Part shown: in pieces, positions 15,001 through 30,000 of the stretch
How positions within the stretch are numbered: position 1 is the stretch's first letter
How the letters are laid out: each line of letters begins with the position of its first letter
DNA from: Amoebophrya sp. A120
Taxonomy: Eukaryota > Protista > Dinoflagellata
Direction: 5' to 3'
DNA: 64,000 nt
Assembly: GCA_905178155.1 (NCBI GenBank)
Contig: CAJINV010000003.1
Location: 1,253,560 to 1,317,559, forward strand
The notes under the pieces: generated by a model
The model's database searches: none
What the model was told of the DNA's origin: nothing
The model's input: the letters and a program-made list of their open reading frames with translations, nothing else
Position numbers and translations under genes: made by a program

Positions 15001-18000
15001 TACTGAAGGACGAGCCCAGGCGGGCGAAGGACCGGCAGGAAAACGCGCTCCCGAACTGCACGGTGTCCAAGATCGAGGAGCAGGACCCGGTCCGCAACAT
15101 CGAGAAGACGCTGATCGCGGACCCGCAGCGCGCAAAGTTCCGGAGCGACAGGGCCGACCCCAGTTCCGCCTGGTCCAGCAGCGACATGCTGCTGCCCAGC
15201 CGCCAGAGCCCGTACACGGAAATACTCGACCCGATCCGCGCGAAGGCACGCGAGGATAAGGTGCTACCGAGCATGCAGAAATCAAGCACGGACACCTGGG
15301 AGCCCGCGAAGTGGGTAGCCAGCACGCTGAAGTTGCTCCCGAGCCGGATGAAGCTGCGGATCGACTGAGTGGAGCCGAGAAGGCTGGTGTCGAGTACACT
15401 CAAAGTACTTCCCAGCGCCGACCGGCTGAAGATGGAGAACATCGAACCGAACCGTGAGAAGGCGCGGATCGAGATCGTGGACCCGAAGAACCCGGTGTTC
15501 AACGCACTCAAACAGCTGCCGCTGGTGAACTTGGAGAAGATGCTGTACCCGCTGCCCAACCGCGCGAACCCGCGGATGCTGACAACCGAGCCGAAGAAGG
15601 CTTGATCCAGCATGGACACGCAGGAGCCCTGTCGCAACCGGCTGAACACGGACACGGTGCTGCCGAACCGCGCATACGACCGGAGGGAAAGGCTCGAGCC
15701 GAAGTTGGTGAAGTCCAGCGCGGACACGCTGGACCCGAAGGCCGTGCGCGAGTAGATGCTCATCATGGATCCCAGCCGCGTGTACGACCGGAGCGAGAGC
15801 GTGGAGCCGAGCGCCACGGTGTCCAGACACGACAAAGCGGAGCCGAGTTTGCACATGCCGTAGATGCTCATCGTGCTTCCCGACCGCGCGAACGAACGGA
15901 TGGAGATCGTGCTGCCGAGCTGCAGGTAGTCCAGCACGCTGGTGCCGAATCGACCGACACGCGTCTTGCTGAAGATGCTGACGGTGCTGCCAAAGCGGGC
16001 GTAGGTGCGAATGGACATGGAAGAGCCGATGAGGCCCTTATCCAAAAAGGATAAATTCGACCCCAATCTCACCTTGCTGAACACACTCAACGAGCTGCCC
16101 AACCGACCGAACGAGCGGACGGAGTAGCAGCTGCCGATCGCGGTGGTGTCGAGCACTGACAAGCAGGATCCGAGTCGCACCTGCGAGAAGAGCGAGAAGC
16201 AGGAGCCGAACCGAGCCACGTTGCGCAGCGACATGGCGGAACCGAGTTCGGTTGTATCCAGGGTGGACAAACAACTCCCCAAAGTCACCTTCGAGAAGAT
16301 CGAGAACCCGCTTCCGGCGCGCGCGAAGCCGCGCAGGGACAGTGTGCTGCCAAACGCGACGGTGTTCAAAACACTCATCTGCGACCCGCACCGTAGTTGG
16401 GAAAACACCGACATGCTGGAACCAAACCGTGCGTAGTGCCGCAGGGACATGGAGGATCCGAAGTCGACGATGTCAAGCACGGACAGCGTGCTGCCGAACC
16501 GACTGATGCCGTAGACGGAGATCGCACTGCCGACGCGCGCAAACGAGCGCAGACTCACCATGCTGCCGAACGTGACGAAGTCCAGCACCGACAACGCGCT
16601 GCCGAACCGGGCCACGCCAAACAGGGACATGCTGGACCCGAGCCGGGCGAAGCTGCGGGTGGACATCGAGCTGCCGAGCACGAGCATGTCCAGAATCGAC
16701 GCGCAGCTCGCCATGTATCCGATGCCAAACACGGAGACAGAACTCCCCAGCCGGGAGAAGGACCGCAAGGTGAGCGCAGATCCCACCGTGATGAAGTCCA
16801 ACACGGACAGCGTCGACCCGAGGTGGGCGAACCCGTAGATGCTGTGTGCGCTCCCCATGCGCGAGAAGCTGCGCACGCTCATCGTGGACCCCATTTGCAA
16901 AACGTCGAGCACAGACATTCCGGACCCGAGTAGCTTCATCCCGTATATGGATAAAGAGCTGCCAAACCTTGCGAACGACCGGAAGGACAAAGCGCTGCCG
17001 ACGGAAACTTGATCCAAAATCGACAGACAGGAACCCATGCGCAGGCTGTGCAACACGGAGATGCTGGAGCCGAACCGCACAAAGTTGCGCAGCGACATCG
17101 TGGATCCGAAGTTGGCGAAGTCCAGGAACGACGCGGAACTGCCCAAGCGGACGATGCCGAACACGCTGATGCTGCTGCCGAACCGCGCCATGGAGCGCAG
17201 CGAGTAACTGCTGCCGAGCGTGAGGAAATCCAGGATGCTCACCCCGCTGCCGAACCGCGCGAGGCCGTACGTGCTGAGCGCACTGCCGAACCGCGAGAAG
17301 GACCGAGTGGACAGCGAGCTTCCCATCATAAAGAAATCCAGCGCGGAGAGGGACGATCCGAGGTTCGAAACGCCGAACACGCTGACGGTGGAACCGAACC
17401 GGGTGAACCCGCGCATCGACAGTGTGGATCCGAAGTGCACGTAATCCAAGACGGAAAGCGCCGAGCCGATTCTCGCCATACCGTACACGGACAGCGTGCT
17501 GCCCAGCTTCAACAGACTCCGGACGGACACGGTGCTGCCGAGTTCGAAGAAGTCCAGGATGCTCACCGTCGTCTGCGACCGCATCCAGTTGTAAATGGAC
17601 AGGGTGGAACCAATCTTCATGCACGCGCGGCAGCTCAGGCTGGAACCCATGTTGAGCACGTCCAGAATGGACATGCTGGACCCGAACCGGGTGAGGCCGA
17701 ACACCGACAGGCTGGAGCCCAGGCGGCTGTACGACCGCAAGGAGAGTGAGCTCCCCAGTGCGTTGTGCTGCAGCACGGACAGCGTGCTGCCCGCGCGGTA
17801 CGTGCCGAAGATGCTGATCGCGGACCCCAGGCGCGTGAAGCTGCGGATGCTGAAGCTGGATCCGAGCGTGACGAAGTCCAGCACGCTAATTGCGCTTCCG
17901 AGCCGGGAGATGCCGAACACGGACACCGAGCTTCCGAACCGCACGAAGGAACGAACGCTCAACGCGGATCCGCAGTACACGCTATCCAACACGGACAGTT

Positions 18001-21000
18001 GACTCCCCAAAATCTGCCTCGAGAAGACGGAGAAGCTGGAGCCGAACCGCGCCACGTTGCGCAGCGAGAACATGCTGCCCATGCAGGTTTGCTGCATCAA
18101 CGAGATGCTGCTGCCGCACCGCAAATGCGAAAACACGGACATCGCACTGCCCATGCGCACAAAGCTGCGCAGCGACAACGCACTACCGAGCAGACTCATG
18201 TCGCAAATCGACATGGCGGACCCGAGTTTCGTGATGCCGAAGACGGACAAAGAAGACCCGAGTCGCGCGAAGGACCGGATCGACAGCCCGCTCGCGACGC
18301 GCGCGTTCCCCAGATAGACTTCATCCCGCGCGTCCACGCGTCCGAAGACGGAGATCGTGCTGCCCAGGCGCGCCATGTGACGCAGACTCACGGCGGAACC
18401 GACGGCGACGGCATCAAGGACAGAGAGTTGGCTGCCCAACCGCACCAGTCCGTACACGGACCAGGCCGAGCCGGCGCGGCCGAAGCTGCGGCAACTCAGC
18501 GAGCTCCCGAGCAAGGCCGCGTCGAGCACCGAGAGGCAGCTGCCGGCGAGCTGGCGACTGAAGACGCTGCAGTTGCTTCCCGCTCGGAAGTAGGACCGCA
18601 GGGAGAGGGAGGAGCCGCAGTACAGCATGTCCAGGACGGACATCACGCTGCCGAACCTGGTTGTTCCCAACACGCTAATCGTAGATCCTAAACGTAGACA
18701 CCCCCGCAAGGAGATGGTCGACGCCAAGCTGGTGCTGTCCAAAATGGACAGGGTGGATCCGAACCTCGTCGAGCTGAAAATCGACACAGTCGAGCCCAAT
18801 CTGGTGTGGTGTCGCAGACTGATGCTGGAACCTAGTTCCACAAACTTCAGCACCGACACGTTGCTGCCGCACCGGAGTTGCCCGAACAACGACGCGGAGC
18901 TACCGAGCCGGATGTGACTGCGCAAGGATAAAGAACTTCCCAGAAGCAGGAAGCTCAACACCGAGCAGCGCTCGCCCGTGCGCAAGTCGCCGAACACGGA
19001 CAAAGCGGAACCAAGGCGGGTGTAGGACCGGACGGATAAGGTCGATCCGAGGTCAACCTGCCCGATGATGCTGCAGCCGTCCGACATGCGGACCTGTCCG
19101 TGCGCGGATAATGTGCTTCCCAAGCGCAGGTACGACCGGAGAGACACGGAACTTCCGAAGTTCGCGAAGTCCAGAGTGGACAGGCACTGGCCGAGACGAG
19201 TCTGCTCGGTGATCGACAGTGCCGAGCTGAGCTTCAGGAAGTTCCTTAACGAGACACTGGATCCCAGTTGCAAAAAGTCCAGCACGGAAAGGTGCGCGCC
19301 GAGCCGCGTCTTGTCGATCACGGACACCGTGCTGCCGAACCGCATGTACTGGCGGAGGGACAGACTCGAGCCCAGGCACGTGTGGTCCAGCACCGACAAC
19401 ACGGATCCCAATCTCAGCCGGGAGAACACCGACACCGCACTTCCGGCGCGCAGGTACTGGCGGACGGATAAAGCGCTTCCGAAATGGACGAAGCTGAGCA
19501 CCGACAAGTTCTGACAGATGTCGACGCTGTACGCAACCGACAACGCGCTTCCCACGCGGAGGAATTGACGCAGGGAGAGTGACGATCCCAGCGTGAGGAA
19601 GTCGGACACACTCATGGTCGCGGACAGTCTCGCGCAGCTGATCACGGAAATGGCACTTCCCACCCGGAGGTAGTTGCGCAGCGACAACGAGCTTCCGAGG
19701 TCCGTGAAGTCCAAAACCGACGCTCTCGCGGAGAAGCGCGCGATGTTGCCCTGCATGGACAGCGAGCTTCCCAGGCGCGTGTAGTGACGGAGACTCAGCG
19801 CGGACCCTAATGTTACGCTGTCCAGCACCGAGAGCTGGCTGCCCAACCGGCAGATGCCGAACATGGACACCGAGCTGCCGAACCGGGCGAAGCTGCGCAA
19901 CGAGATCGAGCTGCCCGCCGTGAAGTAGTCCAGAACAGAGAGCGAACTGCCCAAGCGGCTGCAGCCGAACAAGGAGAACGAACTGCCGACGCGCGAGTAG
20001 TTGCGGCAGGACATGGAACTCCCGAACTGGATGTAGTCCAGCACCGACATGCAGGATCCCAGCCGGCTCATCCCGAACACGGAGACCGAGCTGCCGAGTC
20101 TCGCGAAGCCGCGCACCGAGATCGAGCTCCCGAGCCAAACGGCATCCAGCACGGAAATCTGCGAGGCCATGCGCGACAGCCCGAACACGGATAGCGAGCT
20201 ACCCAGGCGGCAGAAGTTCCGCATGGACAAAGCGCTGCCGAGGTGCATGCAGTCCAGCACGGAAACCGCACTGCCGAGCTGCATCACGCCGTACAGCGAC
20301 ATGGCCGACCCGAAGCGGATGAAGGATCGCACACTGATCGCCGAACCGAGGGACAGGAAATCCAGAATGGACATCCTGGAGCCGATCTGCACCGTGCCGT
20401 AGACCGAGAAGCTCGAGCCTAGTCGGGTGAACGTGCGGCAGGAGAGACTGCTGCTCATCCTGGCGCTGTCGAGGCACGATAACACCGACCCCAACCGGCA
20501 CATTCCGTACAGCGAAACGGCCGACCCGAACCGGGCAAACCCGCGCAGCGAGATTGTGCTCCCCAAATGGAAGCAGTCCAGCACGGAGATGCGGCTGCCG
20601 AAGCGGGTCATGCCGTACACGGACATGGAGCTGCCGAACCGCGCGAAGGAGCGCAGCGACATCCCGGAGCCGAAGAAGACGCTGTCGAGGATGGACAACG
20701 AACTTCCCAGCCGGCTCATTCCATAAAGACTCAGGCCGCTCCCGAACCGCGAGTACGCGCGGCACGACATCGCGCTGCCCACCAAAACGAAGTCCAAGAC
20801 GGAGAGAGAGGACCCCAGCCGCGCCAGACCGAAGACGCTCAAGCAGCTCCCGAGCCGGGCGAACCCGCGGAGGGATAAAGTGGATCCCATCGAGATGGCG
20901 TCCAGCACCGACATCGAACTGCCGAGTCTGGACAACCCGAACACGCTGCAGCTGCTGCCGAACCGCGTGTAGGACCGCATGGACAGGCAGCTGCCGAGCT

Positions 21001-24000
21001 CGAACACGTCCAGGACGGAGCAGCACGACCCGCACTGCACGTTGCGGAACACGGAGATGGCCGAGCCGAACCGCACGTAATTGCGCAGCGAGAAGGAGCT
21101 ACCGAACTGCGCAAAATCGAGCAGGGACAGACTGGAGCCGGCCTGCAGCTTGCTGAACACGCTCATCGCGGAGCCCATGCGGCTGAAGTTTCGTAACGAC
21201 AGCGAGCTTCCGACGTGGATGTTGTCCAGGAGCGAGAGCTGCGAACCGAGTTTCAGCATCCCGTACACACTGCACGAACTGCCGAACCGGCTGTAGCTGC
21301 GAAGCGACAGCATCGAGCCGAGTTGCAGGTGGTCTAACACAGAGGTCTCCCGTCCCATGTTGAAGCGCCCGAAGACGGAGAGCCGGGAGCCGACGCGCAG
21401 CACAGCGCGCGTGGACAGACTGGAGCCGATCTGCAGGTGGTCCATCACGGAAAGTCGCGAGCCCATCCGGACCGCGGACACGACAGACAAGGAGCTTCCC
21501 ACCCGCAAGTAGCTGCGCAGGGACAGCGAGCTCCCCAGCGTGGTGTAGTCGAGAATGGAGACCAGCGAGCCAACGCGGAGCTGCGACATCACAGAGACCG
21601 CGGAGCCAAACCTGATCACGTGACGGACGCTGATGGTGCTACCCAAATACAGGAAGTCCAGGCAACTCAGAGACGAACCGAACCTCGTCATGCCGTAAAC
21701 GGAGGCGGTGCTGCCCAACCGGCAGTAGGACCGGACGCTAAGCGCGGAACCGAGGTACACTGCATCCAGAATGGACGCCGAGCTCCCCAAGCGCGCATAG
21801 CTCATCACCGACAGGCACGAGCCGAGGCGCGCATAGTGGCGCAGCGACAGGCAGCTTCCGAGGAACGTGCTGTCCAGAACCGAGAGGCACGAGCCGAGTT
21901 TCGCAATGCCGTACACACTGACGGACGATCCGAGACGCGTGAAGGACCGCACACTCTGACTGGAACCCAGCTGGAGGAAATCCAACTGCGATAACGTGGA
22001 TCCCAGCTTTACGGAGCGGAACACAGAGTAGGACGAACCCAGCCGCAAGTACTGCCGCAGGGATAAACTGCTGCCCTGGTTGACGAAGTCCAACAGGGAC
22101 AGCGTCGACCCCATCCGCACCCACTGCACCACCGACAAATTGCTGCCGAGGCGCGAGTAGTGTCGCAACGACAACGCGCTGCCAAAGTTCGTGAAGTCCA
22201 GCACGGACAAGCACGATCCCGCGCGGAGGTAGCTGATGACGGAGAAGTTGGAGCCCAGCTTCAAAAAGTGTCGGACCGACAGGCTGGAGCCAAACGTGAC
22301 TGAATCCAAAACGCTGCACTGGGACCCCAACCGAGAGAGTCCGTACACGGAAGCGGAAGACCCGAACCTCATGAAACTCCTGACACTCATCGCGGAGCCC
22401 AGCTGCAACATATCCAGCACGGAGCAGCAACTGCCCAGCGTCTGTTTGGAGAACACGCTGAACGCGCTGCCGAACCGCATGTAGTTCCGCAAGGATAATG
22501 TAGTTCCCAGGTGCGTGTGGTCGCAGACGGACAAGTTGCTGCCGTAGGTCATCTTCGACATGATGGACAACGCAGAGCCGAACCGGATGTAGTTCCTCAA
22601 AGAGATGGAGCTACCGAGCAGCAACTGGTCCAGGATGCTCACCCGACTGCCGAACCGCACCGGCGCGTACACCGACATGGCCGAGCCGACGCGGAAGTAG
22701 TTGCGAATCGACAGGGAGGAGCCCAGCTGCACGAAGTCTAGTAGAGACAAGGTGCTGCCGGACGTGATTTTGGAGAACACCGAAACGTTACTCCCGAATC
22801 TCACCACGTGTCGCACGGACAAGCAACTGCCCAGATTCACGAAGTCCAGCGCGGACACCGTGGACCCGCACCGGGACCAGCTGAACACGGACAGAGTCGA
22901 GCCCACGCGGATGTAGTGCCGCATGGAGAGACTGCTCCCGAAGGTGACGAAATCCAACGCGGACAGCGTGCTGCCGATGAAGGTTCGGCCGAACACGGAC
23001 AGACTGCTGCCGGCCCGCATGTACTGGCGGAGGGAAACGCTGCTGCCCAACTGCAAATAGTCCAGGATGGACAAATTGCTCCCCAGCCGAACCCGGTCGA
23101 ACACGCTCACCGTGCTGCCGAACCGCAGGTAGCTGCGGAGAGACAAAGTGCTGCCGAGATGCAGGCAGTCGAGCACGCTGGCGGATGTCCCCAGCCGCGT
23201 CCAGCTGATCACGGAGATGTTGCTGCCCAGCCGGATGTAAGACCGGAGTGAGAGCGACGACCCGCAGTGCACCGCGTCTAACGTGGACAGCGTGCTGCCC
23301 ATGCGCATCCAGTCGAACACGCTGACGGAGGACCCGAACCGGGACATGTGGCGGAAGCTGACCGTGGACCCGAAGTTGACGTAGTCGAGCACCGACAAGG
23401 CGCTGCCGATCCGCACCAGCCCGAACACGGAGAGACTGCTGCCCATCCGCGCAAAGCTGCGCGTGGAGACGCAGCTGCCCAGCTGTAAATAGTCCAGGAT
23501 GGACACCGTGGAGCCCTGGCGGACCCGCCCGATCACGGATAAATTCGACCCGACCCGCAGGTACTGGCGGATCGACAGCGACGTGCCGAGGCTGGTGAAG
23601 TCCAGGATCGAGACGGACGAGCCGAACCGCACCTGGTCCATCACGGACAGAGTCGACCCGAGGCGGCACATCGCACGCAGGCTCATGGTGGACCCGAGCG
23701 AGCAGATGTCCAAGATCGAGATGTTAGAACCAAACCGCATCATGCCGTACACGCTGCAACTACTGCCGAACCGCATGAACTTCCGCAAAGACAGCGCGGA
23801 CCCGAGGTAGCAGGCGTCCAGCGTGCTCAGGGTGGAGCCGAGCGTGATTTTGGAGATCACGGATAAAGAAGAACCCAGCCGGATGTAGGACCGGAGTGAC
23901 AAACTCGTGCCGATGTTGATCACGTCCAAAAGTGACAAATTGCTCCCGAGCTGCACGCAGCCATAGACGGACAGCGTGGAGCCGAACCGGGCGTAGCTCC

Positions 24001-27000
24001 GGACGGAGAGCGCGCTCCCGAGGAAGGTGTTGTCGAGCACGGACAAGGCCGTTCCCAGCCGCATCATGCCGAACACGGACAGGGTGGAGCCGAACCGCAC
24101 CGCGTTGCGCACGGATAAGCTGCTGCCGAGTTGTAAAAAGTCTAAAACCGACAGCGTGTGGCCCATACGCACCTTCTCGATCACGGACAGCGAGGAGCCG
24201 ATCCGCAAGTAATTCCGAATCGACAGCGAGCTGCCGAGTTGCAGGTACTCGAGGACCGACGCGCTGGCGCCATAGTCGACCTTCGCCAGGACGGTCAAGC
24301 TGGATCCGAGCCGCGTGAAGCTGCGGACGGACAGACAGCTGCCCAAGTGGATGGTGTCGAGTAGGGATAAAGTCGATCCAAGCGTCAGGCAGCCGTACAC
24401 GCTTAGCCCGCTGCCGAGCCGCGTCATGGTGCGCACGGAGATGGAGGATCCTAGGGAGAAGTAGTCGAGTAAAGACAAGTTGCTGCCCATCTGCGTCGTG
24501 CCGTACACCGAGAAACTACTCCCCAACCTTGTGTAGTACCGGCAGGACAACGTGCTGCCCAGCTGGCACATGTCTAGCAGGGAGAGATTCGATCCCAACC
24601 TGGTCATGCCGAACACCGAGAGCGAACTGCCGACGCGCAAAAAGTAACGCATGGACAGGGACGATCCCAGCTGCAAGGTGTCTAACAAGCTCAAGTTTGA
24701 GCCCAACCTTGTCATGCCGAACACCGACACGGACGACCCTAACCGGCTGTAGCTGCGGACGGACAGTGAGCTTCCGAGCTGGCACAGGTCCAGAATGGAC
24801 ATGAACGAGCCGAGTTGCGTCATTCCGAACACCGACAGCGAACTGCCCATGCGTGCGAAGCCGCGGACAGAGATCGTGGAGCCGAGGTGCAAAATGTCCA
24901 GCACCGAGCAGTTCGAACCCAGTCTGCACATGCCAAACAGCGACAAGCTGGAGCCCAGCCTGGCAAACGAGCGCACACTGAAACTGCTACCAATCTGGAT
25001 GGTGTCCAGTACGGAGAGCGCGGAGCCGAGTCGGCAGCAGCCAAAAACGGACAACGAACTCCCGAGTCTGCAGTAGCTGCGCACCGACATGGCAGAGCCG
25101 AACATCGCGAAGTCCAGACAACTCATCCCGCTGCCGAACCGGGTCATGCCGTACACCGACAGGGTAGAGCCGACGCGCGCCCAGCTGCGGACCGACACCG
25201 AGGAGCCGAGGTGGAGTAAATCCAGGATGCTGATGCTGCTCCCGACGCGGCTGATCCCGAACACGGAGAGACTGCTGCCCAACCGCAGGTAAGAGCGGAC
25301 GGATAAGTTGGATCCGAGGTGCACGAAGTCGAGGATCGACATGCAACTCCCGAACTGCGCAATCCCGTACACGGACACCGAGCTGCCCATGCGGCAGAAG
25401 GTGCGCACGGACAGGCAACTACCGAGCTGCAGATAGTCGATGACGGACAGATTTGAGGCCAGGTGCGTGATGCCGAACACGGACAGCGACGATCCCAGTC
25501 GCATGTAGCTCCGGAGCGACAGCGAGCTGCCGATGTGCAGGCAGTCCAGCACGCTGAGCCTGCTGGAAAGACGGCACATGCCGTACACGGACAGGGACGA
25601 ACCCAACCGCGCGACCTTGCGGAGCGACACGCTGGAGCCCAGCTGCAAAAAGTCCAGCAAACTCATGTGCGACCCCAGCCTGAGGCAGCCGTACATCGAC
25701 AGCGAGCTTCCGAGCCGCAGGTACGACCGCATGCTGACGCACGAGCCGAGCTGCAGTGTGTCGATCAGGGAACAGCAGCTGGAAAGCCGCGTCATGCCGT
25801 ACACGCTCAACGAGCTCCCCAGTCGGCAGTGGTTACGGACCGAAAGGGAACTGCCGACTAACAGGTAGTCCAAGACGCTCATGTTGCTACCGAATCTCGA
25901 CATGCCGTAAACAGACAAACTCGAACCTAGCCGCGCGAACATGCGCACCGAGATGTTCGACCCGATCTCGCAGCAATCGAGCACCGACAAGTTGGACCCC
26001 AACCGCACCATGCCGAACACGCTCAGCGACGAGCCCAGGCGGGCGAAGCTTCGGACCGAGAAGGCCGAGGCCATCTGCATGGAGTCGAGGATGCTCAAAC
26101 AGCTCCCCAACCGCGCCATCCCGTACACGCTGACGGAGCTTCCGAGGCGCGCGTAGGTGCGGACGGACAGGGAACTGGACAGCGAGATCGCGTCCAGCAG
26201 CGACAAGGCAGAGCCGAGCCGGAACTGGCCGTACACCGACAAGGAGGACCCGAGTCGCGCGTAGCAGCGCAGAGACATGCACGACCCGAGTTGGATGCTG
26301 TCCAGCACACTCAAATTCGAGCCCAACTTGCACAGGCCGAAAACGGACAGCGAACTGCCTAAGCGGGTGTAGCTGCGGAGGGACATCGAGCTGCCCAGGT
26401 TAACGAAATCCAGGGTCGAGAGAGAACTGCCCATCCGGCACATGCCGAACACGGATAACGAGCTTCCCAGCCGCAAGAAGTTCCGCAGCGACAACGAGCT
26501 GCCCAGCGTCAGGAAATCCAGCAACGACGCGTTACTGCTGCATCGGGTCATGCCGTACACCGACAGGGTGGACCCCAGTCGCAGAAACGAGCGCAGCGAA
26601 ATTCCGCTCCCGAAGTGCGCGAAATCCAACAGCGAGATCGCGGAGCCGCAGCGACTCATGCCGTACACCGACAGGGCGCTTCCGAGCCTCCCCATGCTGC
26701 GCAGACTGATGGTCGACCCGAGGTGGAGGAAATCCAAAATCGACAAGTTGCTGCCCACGCGGCAGATGCCGAACACGGACAGACTGGAGCCCATCCGGCA
26801 GAAGTTCCGGCACGACATCGCGCTGCCGATGTGGCACATGTCGATCAAAGACATGGAACTGCCAAACCGCACCATGCCGTACACACTCAAACTCGATCCG
26901 AGCCTCGTGTACGATCTCGTCGACATGCAACTGCCGATTTGCAAATAGTCCAAAACCGACATGGAGGAACTCAAGTGCGTCACGCCGAAGACGGATAGCG

Positions 27001-30000
27001 TTGAGCCGAGCCGGAGGAAGTTCCGCAGACTCAAACTGGACCCGAACTGGATGAAATCCAGCACGGACAAGTTGCTTCCCAATCTGGTCATCCCGAACAG
27101 GGAAAGCGAACTCCCCATCCTGGCAAACGACCGGAGCGACAGACTGCTGCCGAGCGTGATGCGGTCCAGGATCGAGAGGCAGGACCCAAACCTGGACATG
27201 CCGAATACGGACAAGCTGGACCCTAACCGGGCGAAGCCGCGCACCGACAGCCCCGATCCGATGTGGCAGGAGTCGAGGATGGACATGCTAGAACCCAGGC
27301 GGCACACCCCGTACAGCGAGAAGGAGGACCCAAGGCGCGAGAACATCCTTAACGAGAGACAGCTGCCCACGTTGATGAAGTCCAGGATAGAGTTGCTGCT
27401 CCCAAGTTTGCAGAACCCGTACACCGAGCACCCACTCCCCGTGCGGTAGAAGTTACGCAGCGACATCGAGGACCCGAGCACGAAGAAGTCCAGCGCGGAC
27501 AGACTGGATCCGATCTTCGTGGCGCCGAACACGGAAATGGAACTTCCGAGCCGGGAGAAGGAACGAATACTGCAGCCGGACCCGAGCATGATGTAATCCA
27601 GCACCGACAACGCGGAGCCTAACCGCGCCAGCCCGTAGACGGACAGACCGTTGCCAATCCGCGAATACATACGGACGGACAGGGAAGAAGTGAAGAACCC
27701 GTAGTCGAGCACGGACACCATGCTGCCCAGCAGCGCCATGCCGAAGAAGGACACGTTGGACCCGCAGCGGCTGAAGGACCGGAAGGACAGGGACGAGCCG
27801 ACCTGCACGAAGTCCAACACGGACAGGGACGACCCCAGGCGGTGGCAGCCGTACACCGAGATTTTACTGCCGAACCGCGAGTAGGACCTGGTGGAGAAAC
27901 TGGACCCGAGGAAGCTGCTGTCGAGCAGCGAGAACTGGCTCCCCAATCTGACCGTACCATACACGGAGTAACTGCTGCCGAACCGCGCGAAGCTGCACAG
28001 ACTCAAGCTCGACCCGAGGGATGCGAAGTCCAGCAGCGAGTACTGCGACCCGCAGCGGATGGTTCCGTAGGCGGACAACGAACTTCCGACGCGGCAGAAC
28101 GACCGCACGGAAAAGGAACTCCCGCACAGAATGTAGTCCGCGACGGACAGACTGGTGCCGAGCTTCATCACACCATAGAGCGATAAACTGGACCCCATGC
28201 GGCAAAACGACCGGAGGGATAAACTGCTCCCAAAAGTCGACGAGTCCAACACGGAAACGCAGCTGCCTAACCGCGAGATGCCGTACACGGAGTAGCTAGA
28301 CCCCAGCCGCATGAAGGAGCGGACGGACAGGCAAGAACCAATCTGCAGGCAGTCGAGGACAGATAGGCCAGATCCGATCCGCGAGAGACCATAAGTCGAG
28401 ATCGACGAGCCCAATCTTGCGAACGACCGCAGAGAAAGAGAGCTTGCCATGTGCACGAAGTCGAGCGCTGATAAGGAACTTCCGATGCGCGCGAACCCGT
28501 ACATGGAAATACTTGATCCCACCCGCATGAAGCCGCGGAAACTGCAGCTGGACCCGAAGTTGATGAAATCCAGCACGGACAACTGCGAGCCTAACCGGCA
28601 CATGCCGTAGATGGACGCGGAACTTCCCATGCGGCCAAAGCCGCGCATGGACAGGCAGGAGCCCATGCTGACGTAGTCCAGAATCGACACGCTGCTCCCG
28701 AGCTTCGCGATCCCGAACACGGAAATCGAACTCCCGAGGCGCATCATCGTCCGCAGGGAGAACGAAGACCCGAGCGTGACGCGGTCCAGTAGGGAAAGAG
28801 ACGATCCGAACCGGACCAGGCCGTACACGGACACGCTGCTGCCACAACGGGAAAACGAACGCATGGACAACGCGGAACCGAAGTTGGCGTAGTTCAAAAT
28901 CGACAGTTGCGAACCGATGCGGGTCATCCCGTACACGGAGCACCCAGAGCCCAACCGCGAGCACATGCGCATCGAAATCGAACTCCCGAAGTGCGCGAAG
29001 TCGAGCAGCGAGAAGCTGGAGCCGAGCAGGACGGCGCCGAACACACTGTAACTGCTGCCGAACCGGGATAAAGACCGCAAAGACAGCGATGAGCCGATCA
29101 TCGCGAAGTCCAGGATACTCATCGAGGACCCCACCCGCGCGACCCCGTACAAACTGCAGAAGCTGCCCAGGCGCAAAAACGACCTGAGCGAACAAGTCGA
29201 CCCGAAGGAGCCGGCGTCGAGAATCGACATGGAGGACGCGAGTCTGGTGATTCCGTAGATGGAGAGACTGCTCCCCAGCCGTAAAACGTTTCTCACCGAC
29301 AGCACACTGCCTAAATGCACGTAGTCGAGCAGACTGATGTTGGACCCCATGCTCGCGATCCCGTAAAGCGAAATTGCACTGCCGAGCTTGAGGAAGCTGC
29401 GCAGCGAGATCGTGGATCCCAAATGGAACGTGTCCATGATGGACACGCTGCTTCCGAGCAGGGCGAAACCGTAGGTACTGCAGGTCGACCCGAGTCGGAT
29501 GAAGGACCGGAGACTTAGCGTAGAACCGACCGACATCGCGTCGAGCAGGGATAAAGAGGACCCGAGCCTGGTCAACCCGAACACGGACACGCTGCTACCG
29601 AACCGCATCACCGACCGGAGGGACAGCGTCGAACCCAGCGAGATCGCGTCCAAGACGGAGAAACTGGATCCTAGCCTGGTCATCCCGAACACGGACAAAG
29701 AACTACCCAGCCGGATAAACGAGCGGACGGAGATGCTGGACCCGAAGCTGGCCATGTCCAGGATGGACAGCGTGCTGGTAAACGTCGTGAGCCCGTAGAT
29801 CGACAGCGTGCTGCCGAGCCGGAAGAACCTGCGCGTGGAGAACGCCGAACCGAGGGACACGTAGTCGAGGATGGAGAGACTCGATCCCAAGTTGCAGATC
29901 CCCATCACGGACAGACTGGACCCTAATCGAGAAAACGAGCGGACGGACATGTTACTGCCCACCAGCGCGAAATCCAGAATCGACAGCGAACTCCCGCACC

